NCBI GenBank assembly: GCA_043228905.1
Contig: JBHGNT010000016.1
Span: forward strand, 1,736,001 to 1,800,000
Length of the DNA stretch: 64,000 bases
Source: Azolla caroliniana
Lineage: Eukaryota; Plantae; Polypodiophyta
Reading direction: 5' to 3'
Of the stretch, positions 1-12,500 are shown one piece after another. Positions within the stretch are counted from its first letter, which is position 1. Every line of letters begins with the position of its first letter. The notes under the pieces were generated by a model. That model was not told where the DNA came from, did not search any database, and saw only the letters and a program-made list of their open reading frames with translations. Both the position numbers and the translations under genes were made by a program.

Positions 1-978
1 GGTTGTGTATGTCGATGATATGTTGCTCACTAGTCCCAATGAGAAGCATATTGCTGATTTTAAGGCTGATTTGCATGCCTCCTTTGAGATGTCAGATTTG
101 GGGCATTTGCATCATTATTTGGGCATTCAATTCATGCAAGTTCATGGTGGAATAGCTTTGTGTCAATTGAAATACATCGACACATTATTACAGCGTTTTG
201 GCCTTGAAGACTGTAAACCTATTGCCACTCCCATGGAAACAGGTTTACGTTTGAGCCTTCATGATGCTGGAAATGTATTTGATGCTGTTCTCTATCAGCA
301 GGCAGTTGGATGCTTGCTTTACTTATGCATAACCCAACCTGACATTCAGTTTGCTGTCTCTCAGATGAGCAGGTTTATGCATTACCCAGGAGTTAAGCAT
401 TGGCAGGCAGTTAAGCGCATCTTTCGCTACTTGAGTGGTACCTGGTCATTTGGGTTGTTTTATCCCAAGGGGGGATCACTACCGCCAGACCTGCATGCTT
501 TTTCTGACTCTGATTGGGCTGGTTGTTATGACACTCGTGTGTCCACAAGTGGTTTTTGCTTCATGCTTGGTAGCTCATGCATATCTTGGTTGAGCAAGAA
601 GCAGCCTACTGTGGCCACTTCTAGTTGTGAGGCTGAGTATAGGGCAACTTTCACAGCTACAGTTGAGTGTGTGTGGCTCAGACGCCTTTTAGCTGATTTG
701 GGTGTTGGTCAGTCTTCTGCCGCCACCATCTTCACTGACAGTCAAAGCGCAATTGCAGTTGCGAGGAACCCTGTGTTCCATGTGCGACTAAGCACATTGA
801 GGTGCATTATCATTATGCCAGGGAAAGGTTCTCTGCTGGAGAGATCAGATTGGCTTATGTGCCCACGCAGGAGAACATTGCAAACCTCTTCACAAAGGCT
901 CTGCCTAGGGAGAAGTTTGAAGCTTTCCACAAAGCTTTAGGACTAATCCCATTTGTGGATTCATCTCTATCCACATAG
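1..978 (+). mobile_element. Ty1/Copia pol 3' end (RT + RNase H), frameshifted, 5' part outside window
   Basis: The ORF has YVDD, SDSDWAG, KKQPTVATSSCEAEY and FTDSQSAI. After a 1-bp loss near 786 the next frame continues TKHIEVHYHY...NIANLFTKAL to TAG at 976-978. Confidence 0.93.
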
Positions 979-1031
979 CTTGACACTTGTTTAACCATGA
1001 GTGTCAGCTCCTTGTTCACCGCATCACTCCC

Positions 1032-1200
1032 AAGGGGGATTTGTTGACATATTTTGGTAGTGATGTGTGTGAACACATTTAGGACAATAATGTGTGAACA
1101 CACTTAGGACAGTGATGTGTGTGAACACACTTAGGACTACAGGGGCATTTTTTCCCTCTTTAGGAGGTTTTTTCCCCCTGTCTAAAAATACTCTTGTAAC
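1032..1200 (+). mobile_element. Polypurine tract and start of Copia 3' LTR (right end not resolved)
   Basis: AAGGGGGAT (1032-1040) is followed by TGTTGA at 1042. Three tandem copies of ATGTGTGAACACAYTTAGGAC-like sequence lie at about 1058-1138. Confidence 0.65.
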
Positions 1201-1251
1201 CCTAAAGTGGAGTAAGCTTTTTGGGATTCAAAGCAAGAACCCAACAGAAAA

Positions 1252-1790
1252 TAGTGAAAGTGGGAGGGGTACAGTAAAATGTAGAAGAGAGGAAGGAAGC
1301 GTAGAAAGTAAAAACAGTAAAAGTAGAAGAGAGGCAGAACTTTGAAATTTTCTCTCTACCCCTCCCCCTTTCCCTTCTATTTTTCACTCTAATCCCTCCC
1401 CCCCCCTTTTTTCTTCTTTACCCTCCTATTTCTCCCCCCTCTCATTTAGCTTTCACTTTGTTATTTTTTCACTCTACCTCTCCCTTTTCTTTTCTAAATT
1501 TTCACTTTACCCCTCCCCCCTTTTCACTTCTAACTTCACTCTACCCCTGCCCTCCTTTTTTTACCTCTAAATTTGCGTCCTACCCCTCCCCCCTTCTCTT
1601 CTAAATTTCACTCTACCCCTCCCCCTTACTTTCCTCTAAATTTCACTCTACCCCTTCCTCTTCTTTTTTTAAATTTCATTCGACCCCTCCCTCTTTTACT
1701 TCTACATTTTTTACTTTCTACCCCTCCCTCTCTTCTAAATTTTACTCTGCCCTCCCGTCTTTTATTTCAACCTTTTTCTCTCTAGAATCT
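1252..1790. repeat. Degenerate ~30-bp purine/pyrimidine minisatellite with an inverted arm
   Basis: Many copies of CTCTAAATTTTCACTCTACCCCTCCC-like units at 1345-1790. GGGAGGGGTACAGTAAAATGTAGAAGAGAGG near 1262 is the reverse complement of the same unit. Confidence 0.7.
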
Positions 1791-2655
1791 GTAACGCTTA
1801 AAATGCCCTCTCTCTCTTCTGCTTTTCCAAGATATTCCCTCTTATTCCTCATTTATTGTGCATGTTTGATAGTACAAGAGTCGCTTAACTACCAAAAAAC
1901 CATTTCACACATGTTTCCCAATTTTGTATAAATAGGCTATACCGGCCTCTTTTGTAATAACTTTACTTTTGCTGCTAGTTGCAAACAGCTCTTTGGCTGT
2001 GTCTCTACTTTTTGCAACTATTTTGCTACTGCTGTCTAACAACCTTCTCACAACTTGATTGTATCTATTTTTTCTTACAACTATTCCGTTGCTGCTATTA
2101 ACAGCTTCTCTCACAGGAAATGGAAAAAAGAAAGAAAGAAATGGTTGGCTACTCAAAGAAAATTGAGTTGAGTAGAAGAAAGAAATATGAGTGGAGGTTC
2201 TGGAGACTTCACAGCTCTACTACCATGTGAGAAAACTGTTATGAACAATTTTAAGATCCCAAAGAGGCAAGCAGCAGCTTATTAATAAGCCTAAACAAGA
2301 ACTATATTTCTTCGTGAGGCTCGAAGTCTTAAAATACAAAAATGAGAGTGGGTTTCGTAAACCATGCATTTATAAAAGGAGATAAAATATTCCTAGGTAC
2401 ATAATGAGTTAAAGTGGTGGAAGAGTGGAGAGAAAACAATGCATTAAATGTTGTAATTAAGTAGAGATAGGTTCTAAAAGTCAACTATAATAAATATTGG
2501 AATAAAATAAATCTTGACAGAGAAAATGTGTAGAGAGAGATTACAGAAGGGAAAGATCAATTTTGGGGCTGCCACTCTCCAACAATTCTCAATGTTCATA
2601 GCTAAGCCCAGATAAAGATGACTATGCCTGAACTTATGAAAAGAGATAGGAATAC

Positions 2656-5481
2656 CTCATCTGGTGCACGATTTGATGATGTTACGATCACTGCCCCAAG
2701 CTTATATAAGACTTCCAACACGCGCCTGAGTATCAGTGCATCAGCTATATCAATAACCTATTAAACAACAAGCAGAGCATAAAGTAAAGTTAGGTGATCA
2801 AATAATCCAAGGTCATTATGAATTTAGATGGTGTATAATAATCTGGATTCAGTTCTATTTTTCTGATACAATGTATGTGATAAATAAATAAATGCATATC
2901 ATGAATTTATATCATTTAGGTTTTCTATCAGAATCTCTATGACCTGACAGCATTAACAACTTTGGAACCCAATTAATCTATATTAATAGAAAAATTGCAT
3001 CAAATATTCATCTCAGGAAGGAAAACTGTGTTAGAAAAATAAATAAATATTAGATATATGGAGGAAAAACTAACATACTTGGAATTCATCAAAGCACAAA
3101 AGCCATCCTGCATTTAGAAGGTCCTCTGCCACAGTCTTGACAGCATCATCCCTTTTCATAAGCTCCTTCAGCCTTGTCTCATGTAACCTAGTCTCCCAAG
3201 CGAAAATGCCTCAACAAAGTGTGCACAAAAAAGAAAAGAAAAAATAATGTGCAGAAAGTGCAACCCATGCCAAAAGTCCTTCCTGATGCAACCTCATGAT
3301 TGTTTGGTGCATATTATGTAAATAAACATTATTAGAAAATTACAATAAAAGAAAATAAAAAGAAGTGTTGATAAAGTGTGATTGGTGCCAACAATTCTTG
3401 CCGATGCAGCCTCGTGATTGCTTTATGCATATTTTATAAGTATACACTATTAGACCATTACAACAAGGTTTAACAACCGTATGCAGATTTTAACTTACCA
3501 GATATCACCATAACCAATTTTTTCTCCAATCCATAGTAACATGGACTAATGGAATATGGCCAAAAATGAAGAAACATTCAGGATTTTCCTCAAATGTCTC
3601 TAGAAACAAAAAGACAATTACTAGATTGACATGTGGACATTTGCACCATAGGAAGAACTGTAAAAAGCAGACAGATCCATTTATATTTTCAGCTTCAGCT
3701 AAAAACCTTACCTTCTATGCACATCCAACATGAATTGATGGAAATGCACCCGACGTTTTCTTTTAACCGGACTGCAATGATAGAAAATGTCAGCCACAAG
3801 TGATTTTCCAGTACCTACCCCTCCATAAATATAGACCCTACACACAATTAGTAAGAAAAACTAAGTTTAGCATTATCATTAGAAACAGAAAAACTTACTG
3901 ATTTCTTACGGCAAGTTATAAACACATAACTGGTCAAAACTACAATATCAAGACAGATCACCTCAAAAATCAAATTTGTAATACTTCTCGCCATAATTAA
4001 GATTTGCAATATTGCCGTCAAAGTGAACATTGTCCGTAGCAAATTAAATTTAGAAAGAAAGGAAATAAGATATTTTCTTATGATAAGACATGAATTTTGA
4101 AGCGACGTGAATTTGGAAGGCATATGTATCTGATCATGATAATCATTGACACCTAACCATTCTACTTTCTTGCCTTCTTATGACAGGGAATGAAGAGATA
4201 TCTGATACAAACCTACAGTATTAATCAAACATAATACACACACACACACACAAACATATTTCTTACAATATTGTTATTCATATGAACATGAATCTGCAAC
4301 AAGAGCATTTTAGTCAAAAACGTGAAAATCCTTCATGTTCACATTTCAAATCTGATTTTCAGAACTTTGTCAGTTTAAATTGCTTCATAACCTTCAAGGT
4401 AAAATAAGTTACAGAATTTTGGAAGTGCAAATTACTCTTCCAATTCAATCCATTGTCCAAAAACATCAAAGAGATATTTACTCTAATACCTTGATGTTTT
4501 CTACAATTCAGTGATGTTTTCTGCAATTTTTAATTGCAAAGCAGTACTTTTGTACATTCAAAAACAATTCAATATTGGTGATTTTTCAAAAGAACTGAAA
4601 ATTACTCTAATATTAGGGAATTTCTAAATATTTGCAAGAAAACATTACCCTAATACCTTTAAGTTTCAACAAATCAAAGCTGATTTACTGCAAGTATGAA
4701 TTACTCTATTGCCTTTATATTATTCGCAATTTTGCAGGTGCAAATTACTCTTACTCCTTTTACTTTCATGCCTTCAAATTTATGGTGCGCTATGGGTTAT
4801 TGTTCAAAATTTTCTGATACAACTTATTCTAATTTCTTCAAATTTTCTAAAATCCAAAGGTGATATCTCAAATTTTGCATGAACAAACAATTCTATTAGT
4901 TGCTGAGTTTTCTACAATTCAAAGGGCATTTCTCTCAAATGAAAATTAATCTAATGCCTTCTCAGCTTTGAATCCAAGGCTGAAATTTTCAAATTTTTCC
5001 AAGTGCATATTTATGGTTTTCATCTTGCACGGGAGGAATACAAGCACCATTTTACAGTGAATTGTGGTTTTTGTTAGCCTCCAGACGTTATAAATGCAGA
5101 TAACACAACTTTAATTTCAGGAGAAAAACAAAAACGAGAGGATTACCCGCGAGGTACCAGTTTCTTTGCTGATTGAAATGCACTAAAAATCCTTGATAAT
5201 GAGAAGATTTTCGTTGAAGAAGATGACAATGTGGGAGGAACGTAATCCTTCAATTCTCTGTGAAGACGATCTAACGGCCGTAAAGCTTCAACTTGATGTT
5301 GATCGAAACGTATGCTTCCTGAACTGACGAGATGATTGTAAGCTTCCATGGGAGCTATTCCATCGGGGATGCGGTCGAAGCAAGAGGCTCCATGCACATC
5401 TCTGCAGATGAAACTGTAGCTGGTCCGAAGCAAGGGGCGCCAGGAGACGGCAAGGACAAGCTGGGCCCCGTGTCTGTGCAT
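2656..5481 (-). CDS. AFG1: AFG1/LACE1/ZapE-family ATPase, first four exons (remaining exons expected left of the window)
   Basis: Exons 5481-5147, 3837-3712, 3187-3079 and 2757-2656 join in frame through GT-AG introns. The product contains PRGVYIYGGVGTGKS (Walker A), RRVHFHQFMLDVH, LLCFDEFQ (Walker B) and VIDIADALIL...SSNRAPDE. The Arg/Ser-rich N-terminus resembles a mitochondrial presequence. Confidence 0.92.
3248..3465. repeat. Diverged ~117-bp tandem duplication in AFG1 intron 2
   Basis: Two copies of ...GATGCARCCTCRTGATTG...TGCATATT...ATTAGA..ATTACAA. Confidence 0.6.
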
Positions 5482-5740
5482 CTGTTCTACGAACGAAACC
5501 GCAGACAAGATCACGAGAGAGAGAGAGAGAGAGTGTGTGTGTGTGTGTGTGTGTTCTTCCCTCAGTTTCTAAAATTCCACTAAATACCCCCGCCGTTTCG
5601 GAAACGCCGAAACTGCAGTGCCCGTTTCCGAAACGGCCCTCCGAGGTAGTCCTTTCTAGAACGTCCAGAAATACCCGTCCAGCGTCCACGCAGCTTCCGT
5701 CCAATTCCACACACACATACATGCCTATACATATATATTA

Positions 5741-6054
5741 GGAAAAAGTACCAGGATACCCCCTGGAAGTTCGTCTATTTACCAGAATGCCCCTGGAAGT
5801 TCCAAATTTATCAAACTACCCCTATGTCCAAAAAATTACACTTTATAAAGTAATTATACACTCAAATCTACAAGCCCTATTTACCAAAGATGGAAGAAAT
5901 GGACCCGAACTAGCCCTATTTACCAAAGATTTGAGTGTATAATTACTTTATAAAATGTAATTTTTTGGACATAGGGGTAGTTTGGTAAATTTGGAACTTC
6001 CAGGGGTATTCTGGTAAATAGACAAACTTCCAGGGGTATCCTGGTACTTTTCCC
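5741..6054. mobile_element. Mutator-like MITE with ~130-bp terminal inverted repeats
   Basis: The left arm GGAAAAAGTACCAGGATACCCC...CACTCAAATCT is the near-perfect reverse complement of the right arm ending GGTACTTTTCCC. The 9-bp TSD TATATATTA lies at 5732-5740 and 6055-6063. Confidence 0.9.
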
Positions 6055-6955
6055 TATATATTATTATATATGACCTTGACTTGAAACCCCAATCCTTTTC
6101 TTCCGATTTCGAGATCGATACAATACCCCCTCCATTCTCCCATGAGATTGATAAATCGATACAACCTCTTCCTGTGTTGCCAATGAAATCCCTTGATGTT
6201 TTGCTGCTAGTATGCTTCCTTACACCTGTGAGATCCATGAAACCACTATATATATACGTCCTCGCAAAATCCTTAAGTCCCTCCCCCCTCTGTTTCTTGA
6301 ATCTTCAAAATCCTTATACTATCGGGAGATCCCTGAAACCCCTATGCCTCCATCCTCACGAAATCCATCCCTAAATGATATCACTATATATCAATAGAGC
6401 AATGGTACAAGAGATTAACAGACACTTCTAAAAATTTAGCTTGACCTTTTAGACATTAATCACCCCGTGGTTGCTCTTCAAGATACAAGTAAAGGACCTT
6501 GCATCAATGTTATATTTTATAGGTGAGCTCTTTGACCTAGAGACGAAAAACTATTAAATTGAGAGAGAAATCTCTCCTTTCTATGCCTACATAATAATCA
6601 AGACATGAGCAAGTCCTTCGGTAAGGAATTACTATGCTCTCTATTGGATGATGATACCCATATAAAAAAAGAGGGTCCTTCGTGCCATCAGACAACCAAG
6701 TGTTCTACATATGAATAGTGAGGAATTTTAAGTGGATCACTTCCATCAAGTAATTGTCACAAAGATGCCTTAATTGTCTTCCAACTCCCATGTCTTACAC
6801 CCACATTCTAAATGAAATATGGGACTTATAGATATCCACAATTGTGAGTCCAAACACATGTCTCGCAATAACAAAAATCCATGAGTTGACAAGTCCAATA
6901 TTGCAACTTCCCCCAAGTGCCTAGGGATTGTGAGGGAAAACATAGGTAGTACAAT

Positions 6956-7706
6956 TAGGGATCGGCAATGGCTCGGCTCAAGCCTAAACCGTTTGGCTTA
7001 GCCGGCTTGAAAACGGCTTAGCGGTTTAGCGGCTCGGTTTAGGCTTGAACTTGCCTTAACGGTTTGAGCTCGGCTCGGCTTGGCTTGAGCCTCGCCAAAC
7101 CGGCTCAAGCCGGATAAACCGTTTAAGCCGTTTATAAACTTTAGAGAGGGGGAGAGAGACAACAGACAAGGGGAAAGAGAGAGAGAGTAAGGGAGGGAGA
7201 ACTACATAGACGAGGAGAGAGAGACAGAGGGAGGGAGACAACATATAAGGAGAGAGAGAGAGAGAGAGAGACTACACAAACGAGGAGAGAGAGAGGGAGG
7301 GAGGGAGACAACATATAAGGAGAGAGAGAGAGAGAGAGACTACACAAACAAGGAGAGAGAGAGAGAGGGAGGGAGACAAAATATAAGGAGAGAGAGAGAG
7401 AGAGAGGAACTACATAGAGGGGAGAGACAGAGAGACTACACAGAGGGGAGAGAGAGAGAGAGAGAGAGAGGAACTACATAGAGGGGAGAGAGAGAGAGAG
7501 ACTACATAGAGGGGAGAGAGAGAGAGGGAGATGAACTACATAGAGGGGAGAGAGAGAGAGAGGGAGGGAGAGTCGAGACCATAGACGTGAGAGAGAGAGA
7601 GAGAGAGAGGATTTACATAGAGGGGAGAGAGAGGGAGAGGGAGAGAGAGTCGAGACCACAGACGTGAGAGAGAGTGGGAGGGATCATCTGAGAGAGAGAG
7701 GGAGGT

Positions 7707-7737
<31 letters not shown>

Positions 7738-7899
7738 CGGAGGTTTCTAAACCGGTTTAGCATAAACCGGTTTAGCCTAAACCGGTTTGTGAACCGGCTC
7801 GGCTCAGGTTTGAGATCCTGTAAACGGTTTAGGCTTAGCCGGTTTGGCTTGGATCAGGCCAAACCGGCTAAGCCTAAACCGAACCGTTGCCGATCCCTA
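6956..7899. mobile_element. Non-autonomous hAT (Ac/Ds-like) element with GA-rich core
   Basis: TIRs are TAGGGATCGGCAA and TTGCCGATCCCTA. The 8-bp TSD AGTACAAT lies at 6948-6955 and 7900-7907. Subterminal AAACCG/CGGTTT and GGCTC repeats occur at both ends. Confidence 0.92.
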
Positions 7900-8580
7900 A
7901 GTACAATAATGAATATATGTGAGCCATTACATGTGTAGATAAGTCCAATATTGCAACTTCCCCCGAGTGTTGGGATTGTGAGTGAAAAGACATGTATTGC
8001 AATATCAAATATATTGTAGATAAGTCCAATATTGCAATCCCGGCCCCCACAAGCACTTAGGGGTTGTTATATGCTTCCATGCAACCGTATGATGATCCCC
8101 TTCGTATCCCCGTTTCTCCACAACAAAGGTCAAAGCCATCACAAAATGGAATGCCAAACTTTTTAGTTCATGGTAACAATGATAAAAATATATAATACCA
8201 TGTGTCCCATATACATTGTACAACTTTATAGTGTACATGAATCAATGACTAAGATTATGGCTCCCAAGACATGAATTTATTCCACAAATTGCTAGTCATT
8301 CAATAAATTGGGTATTTGTAACATTCACTCGCAATGAATACCCCCAAATGTGAAAAAAAGAGTCATTCCCAACCACGATTCAAGGTATATAATTTGTATA
8401 CATTTTCATTCCTTTTTTCTTTGATTTGCTACTAAAGATTATATAGTTTATACATTTGCAAATAGTGGTGAGTACATCACATTGTGCTCCACACTAAATA
8501 TTTTGTTTGATAGCATCCCTAGACACACAATGTTGCTTAATGAATTTGTTGCTCAATTACTTCATTGTACTCATAACCGT

Positions 8581-9317
8581 TGTCACGATATTCCACAACC
8601 GCGTGTAGGATCCGAGGCGGGATCGTAGGGGTTTTGAACTAGGGAGTTGAGGAGAAGGAATAAGACACGAAACGGAAGCTTATCTCAAGAGGAGAGGAGA
8701 ATGAATATGACATGAAGATTGAATAAGAGATGGATGGAGGCAAAATACTCAACAAGTTATATTAAGAAAACACAAACGAATACAACCATGGCAGCATAGG
8801 CCAAAACCCAACAACTACAAGAAACCCTAACTGGATAAGTAAAGTAAAGAAGATGAATAAGGAAACCCTAACCCTAAACCGAAATGGGAAGAAGAAGAAC
8901 CCTATAACTATGTGGTATACCTTTCACACTCAAAAATAGGCAACCCCTTCACAAGTGACCCCTCACTCCCTTTTATAGTAGTAAGGGGTAAGCACATTAC
9001 AAGAGGGAGTCAAATCCCCTTTCATTTAATGGGGAATATCTCCCTTGATCTTAAATCGGCGGGCCTTAACTCTCTCTCTCTCCTATCACATTCACTCTCA
9101 ATGCCCACTACTCATTTTACTATACAAAGTGCACATCACATTTATGCCTCTACGAACTTCAGGGTGCACCTTTTGCACCTTAGATTATTACCCTTCCCAT
9201 TACATTTTGTTTACTTATTCTTATTACACAAATTTACAAGTGCATGTGCAATGTTGCACATCCCCATTTTATTTGTCCCTCCTAGTTTTCTCACCGTAGC
9301 CGGAAATCTTCACAACA
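8581..9317 (-). mobile_element. Solo LTR
   Basis: TGT...ACA termini with CCGT flanking both sides (8577-8580, 9318-9321). Minus-strand CTATAAAAGGG TATA near 8970. Homologous to the 16100-16765 copy, which ends at the same CACAACA boundary. Confidence 0.65.
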
Positions 9318-9560
9318 CCGTGGTTTAAGAAATGGTCTTGTACTCTGATCGAGTTGAGTGGAATCCTTAGACCTTACAGAAACCTGCGTAATATGATTTG
9401 GACACATCATGATCAATGTTTTATTTGCACAATTTCCAAAATGAGTGAGTACACAAATTGGTGGTCTTGGACTATATGAAGATTGCAATATCTTTTTGTT
9501 GTTCATGATTAGTATTGGGTTTAGAGGAGTTCAATGATAAATAGAGAGGACTTAGGAGTG

Positions 9561-12500
9561 TGTTGATGTACAATGGGGTCTCAACCACCACTAATTTAAG
9601 TACAAAGGGGAGAAAATCAGAAAATGATTCACTTACACGGAGACACAAGATGTTAGCGTGGAAAACCCCAAAGGAGTAAAATAACCACAAGAGCCCATAG
9701 ACTCCGAACAATTCACAATGAGAGGCAATACGATGAAACTCACAGGCAATGACCTCGAGCTCGTCTTCTTCGCATACAAGCGGTTACAACAGAGATGCTC
9801 TACGCTTCTCTCTCCCTCACGATTACAACAGTCTGTAAAACTCTACGATCTCACACACACACATAAAAGTTTTCCCTTAGTTATCCTTATATTTATACAA
9901 CTTAGGACTATTTACAAATATGGCCTAAATAAGCGCAGGTTGCAGCACAGAACCTATTTACATATGTAGCCTTTTTTGGATGCATATCCAAACTCAATTC
10001 GAACGCCAATCCGGATCCGGTCTTTCTTTTCCTTCGAATCCTACTAATCCGGCTTGACATGTTCTCCTTCCCATTCAGAGGGACGTGTTTTCCCAACAAA
10101 CTCCTCCTTCACTCTAACATGGGGTGATTCGTCAATCCGACCCGATGTCGACGTGTGTCCAGATTCTCTACCGACAACATATTCGTCAACATGTCTGATC
10201 CGTTCTTCATTGTGTTGATCTTCATCAAAGCAAATTCCTTTTCTTCTAGTAGCTCCCAAAGCCAATGGTATCTCCTTTGGATGTGCTTGGTCCTCGAGTG
10301 GTAGGCGCCATTCTTTGCAAGGTGGATGGCGCTTTGGTTGTCACAGTAGAGTAGGAATTCTTCTTGCCGATTCACCAACTCTCTGATGAACTCCTTCATC
10401 CAAATTATCTCCTTGCTAACTTCGGCAACTACCATATACTCCGCTTCCGTGGTCAACTACGCCACAGCCTTCTGTAGCCTCGACTACCATGACATGACTC
10501 CCCCAGCATAAGTCATTATATACTCGGATGTCGGTCGACTGGTATCTACATCGGCCAACATGTTCGAGTATGTAAAACGTTCTAATATGGGATTACTTGA
10601 GCCAAATCGGAGGCACGTGCTCAAGATGCTTTCAGGTACCAGAGTATCCACTTGACCGTTGCCCAATGCTCTTTGCTAGGATTGCTCATGAATCAACTAA
10701 CGACTTTGACTACATATCCGATGTTCGGCTTGCTACACACCATTGTGTACATGAGGATTTTGACTGTTGAGGCACAGGGTACCTTCATCATCTCAGCTTT
10801 CTCGAACTTTGTCTCCCATACAACTTAAACTTTGTCGAAAGTGTCGAACCGATCGGTTTCGCGTTGTCCATGCATAATCTCTAGAGAACTTTTGTCACGT
10901 ATTTTTCTTGTGACAACCACAACAACTTCTTTGTCCGGTCTCGGACAATGTGCATTCTAGTATTTGCTTTGCCATATCCATGTCCTTCATTGTGAATGAC
11001 TTGCTTAGGGCCTTCTTTAAGCTTCCAATTTTCCTCGGGTCCTGACCGACAATCATCGTGTCATCAACATATAGCAGGAGGATGAGGAATTCTCCTTTGT
11101 CATATCTCTTCACAAAATGTAGTGGTCAACATGCGTCTTGTTGAAGTCGTGTTCTAACATGAAGGATTTGAACTTCTAGTACCACTGCCAGGGCGCTTGC
11201 TTCAGTCCGTAGAGACTCTTCTTCAACCGACATACCAGGTCCACCTTTCCCTTCTCGACGAATCCTTTCGTTTGCAGCATGTATATATCCTCTTCGAGAT
11301 TACCATACAAAAACGTCCTCTTGACATCCAACTGTTCGACTTTGAGGTCCATGCTAGCCGCAATGCTCAACACTATCTAGATGGATGTCATCTTGACCAT
11401 CGGGGCAAATAATTCATCGAAATCTACACCCTTCTTTTGTCGAAAGCCTTTTACGACAATTCTTGTGTTATATCTAGGTGAATTCCCGTCATCTCTCGGT
11501 TTTAGCTTGTACACCCACTTGTTCCGAAGTGCCCTCTTTCCTTTCGACAACTCCGTCAGCTCGTATGTGTGGTTCTCATGCAGGCAATCTCCATTTCGTC
11601 TTGTGTGGCACTCAGCCACTTTCTGTTGTGGGGGTCCCTCTTTGCTTCCTCGAAGTTTTTCGGCCCCCTCATCCGGTTAAGACCACTCACTCTTCATCCG
11701 GGAATCTTCGAGGGGCTCTTCTCTCTCTTAAGGGATATCTTCTGCCTCCATTCAACGTAGTCAACTCCTGTTCAACTTCTTATGTTGGCTCTTCTTCTAA
11801 GTCTGATTTGGATCCGCGTTTGGCCAATTGTCTTCTTTCGACCTGTTCTCCTCGTTGCTCAGTCAACTCTCGTGTTCGTATTCAACCGACTGGTTTGTAT
11901 TCGACTCTCGACTGGCCTCCGACCAATCCGATTCCCGGTTCGAATTCGCTCAACTCCCCTTGTTCTTCAGTCAGGGTTCGACTTCTGACTGGTCAGGAGG
12001 ATGTATCTGACTTCTCTTTTCCCCAGTCGGCAACTGTCTTTTCTTCCATAAAGATAATGTCTCGACTCTGAATCACTTTCTTCTTAGCTAAGTCCCATAA
12101 CCGATAGCCAAATTCGTCTTCTTTGTATTCGAGAAATATGCATGGTCGGTTCTTGGGATCGAGTTTCCCTCTCTGGTCCTTAGCTACATGAACATAGGCC
12201 AAGCAGCCGAACACCCTCAGATGCCGGTATGACACATCCTTCCCCGTCCACACCCTTTGTGGGATATCACATTCTAAAGGAACTAAGGGAGACTTGTTTA
12301 TCACATAAACATCCATCTTCAAAGCCACAACGTAGTAGGTTTTCGGTAATTTTGCATGTGCCAGCATGCATCAGACTCCCTCCATCATAGGCCGGTTCAT
12401 TCTCTTGGCCATGCCGTTTAGCTTCGGGGTCTTCGACATTGTGTATTCCAACTGGATTCCTTGAGACCAATAATATTCCTGAAATTCCCCTCGGTATTCT

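Noticed and set aside
1058-1138. Short direct repeats resembling a CRISPR array
   Set aside because: No unique spacers of uniform length, located inside a plant LTR, and no cas genes.
1905-2156. Minus ORF with LYKIG as a possible AFG1 exon 5
   Set aside because: Lacks the GLQR/FLPFI continuation and a fitting in-phase acceptor.
7056-7763. Ser/Leu-rich ORFs
   Set aside because: These are translations of the (GA)n core of the hAT element.
6400-9550. Possible decayed coding sequence with a thrice-repeated AAGTCCAATATTGCAA block (about 6891, 7941, 8022)
   Set aside because: No recognisable protein motif could be assembled in any frame, so no family can be supported.
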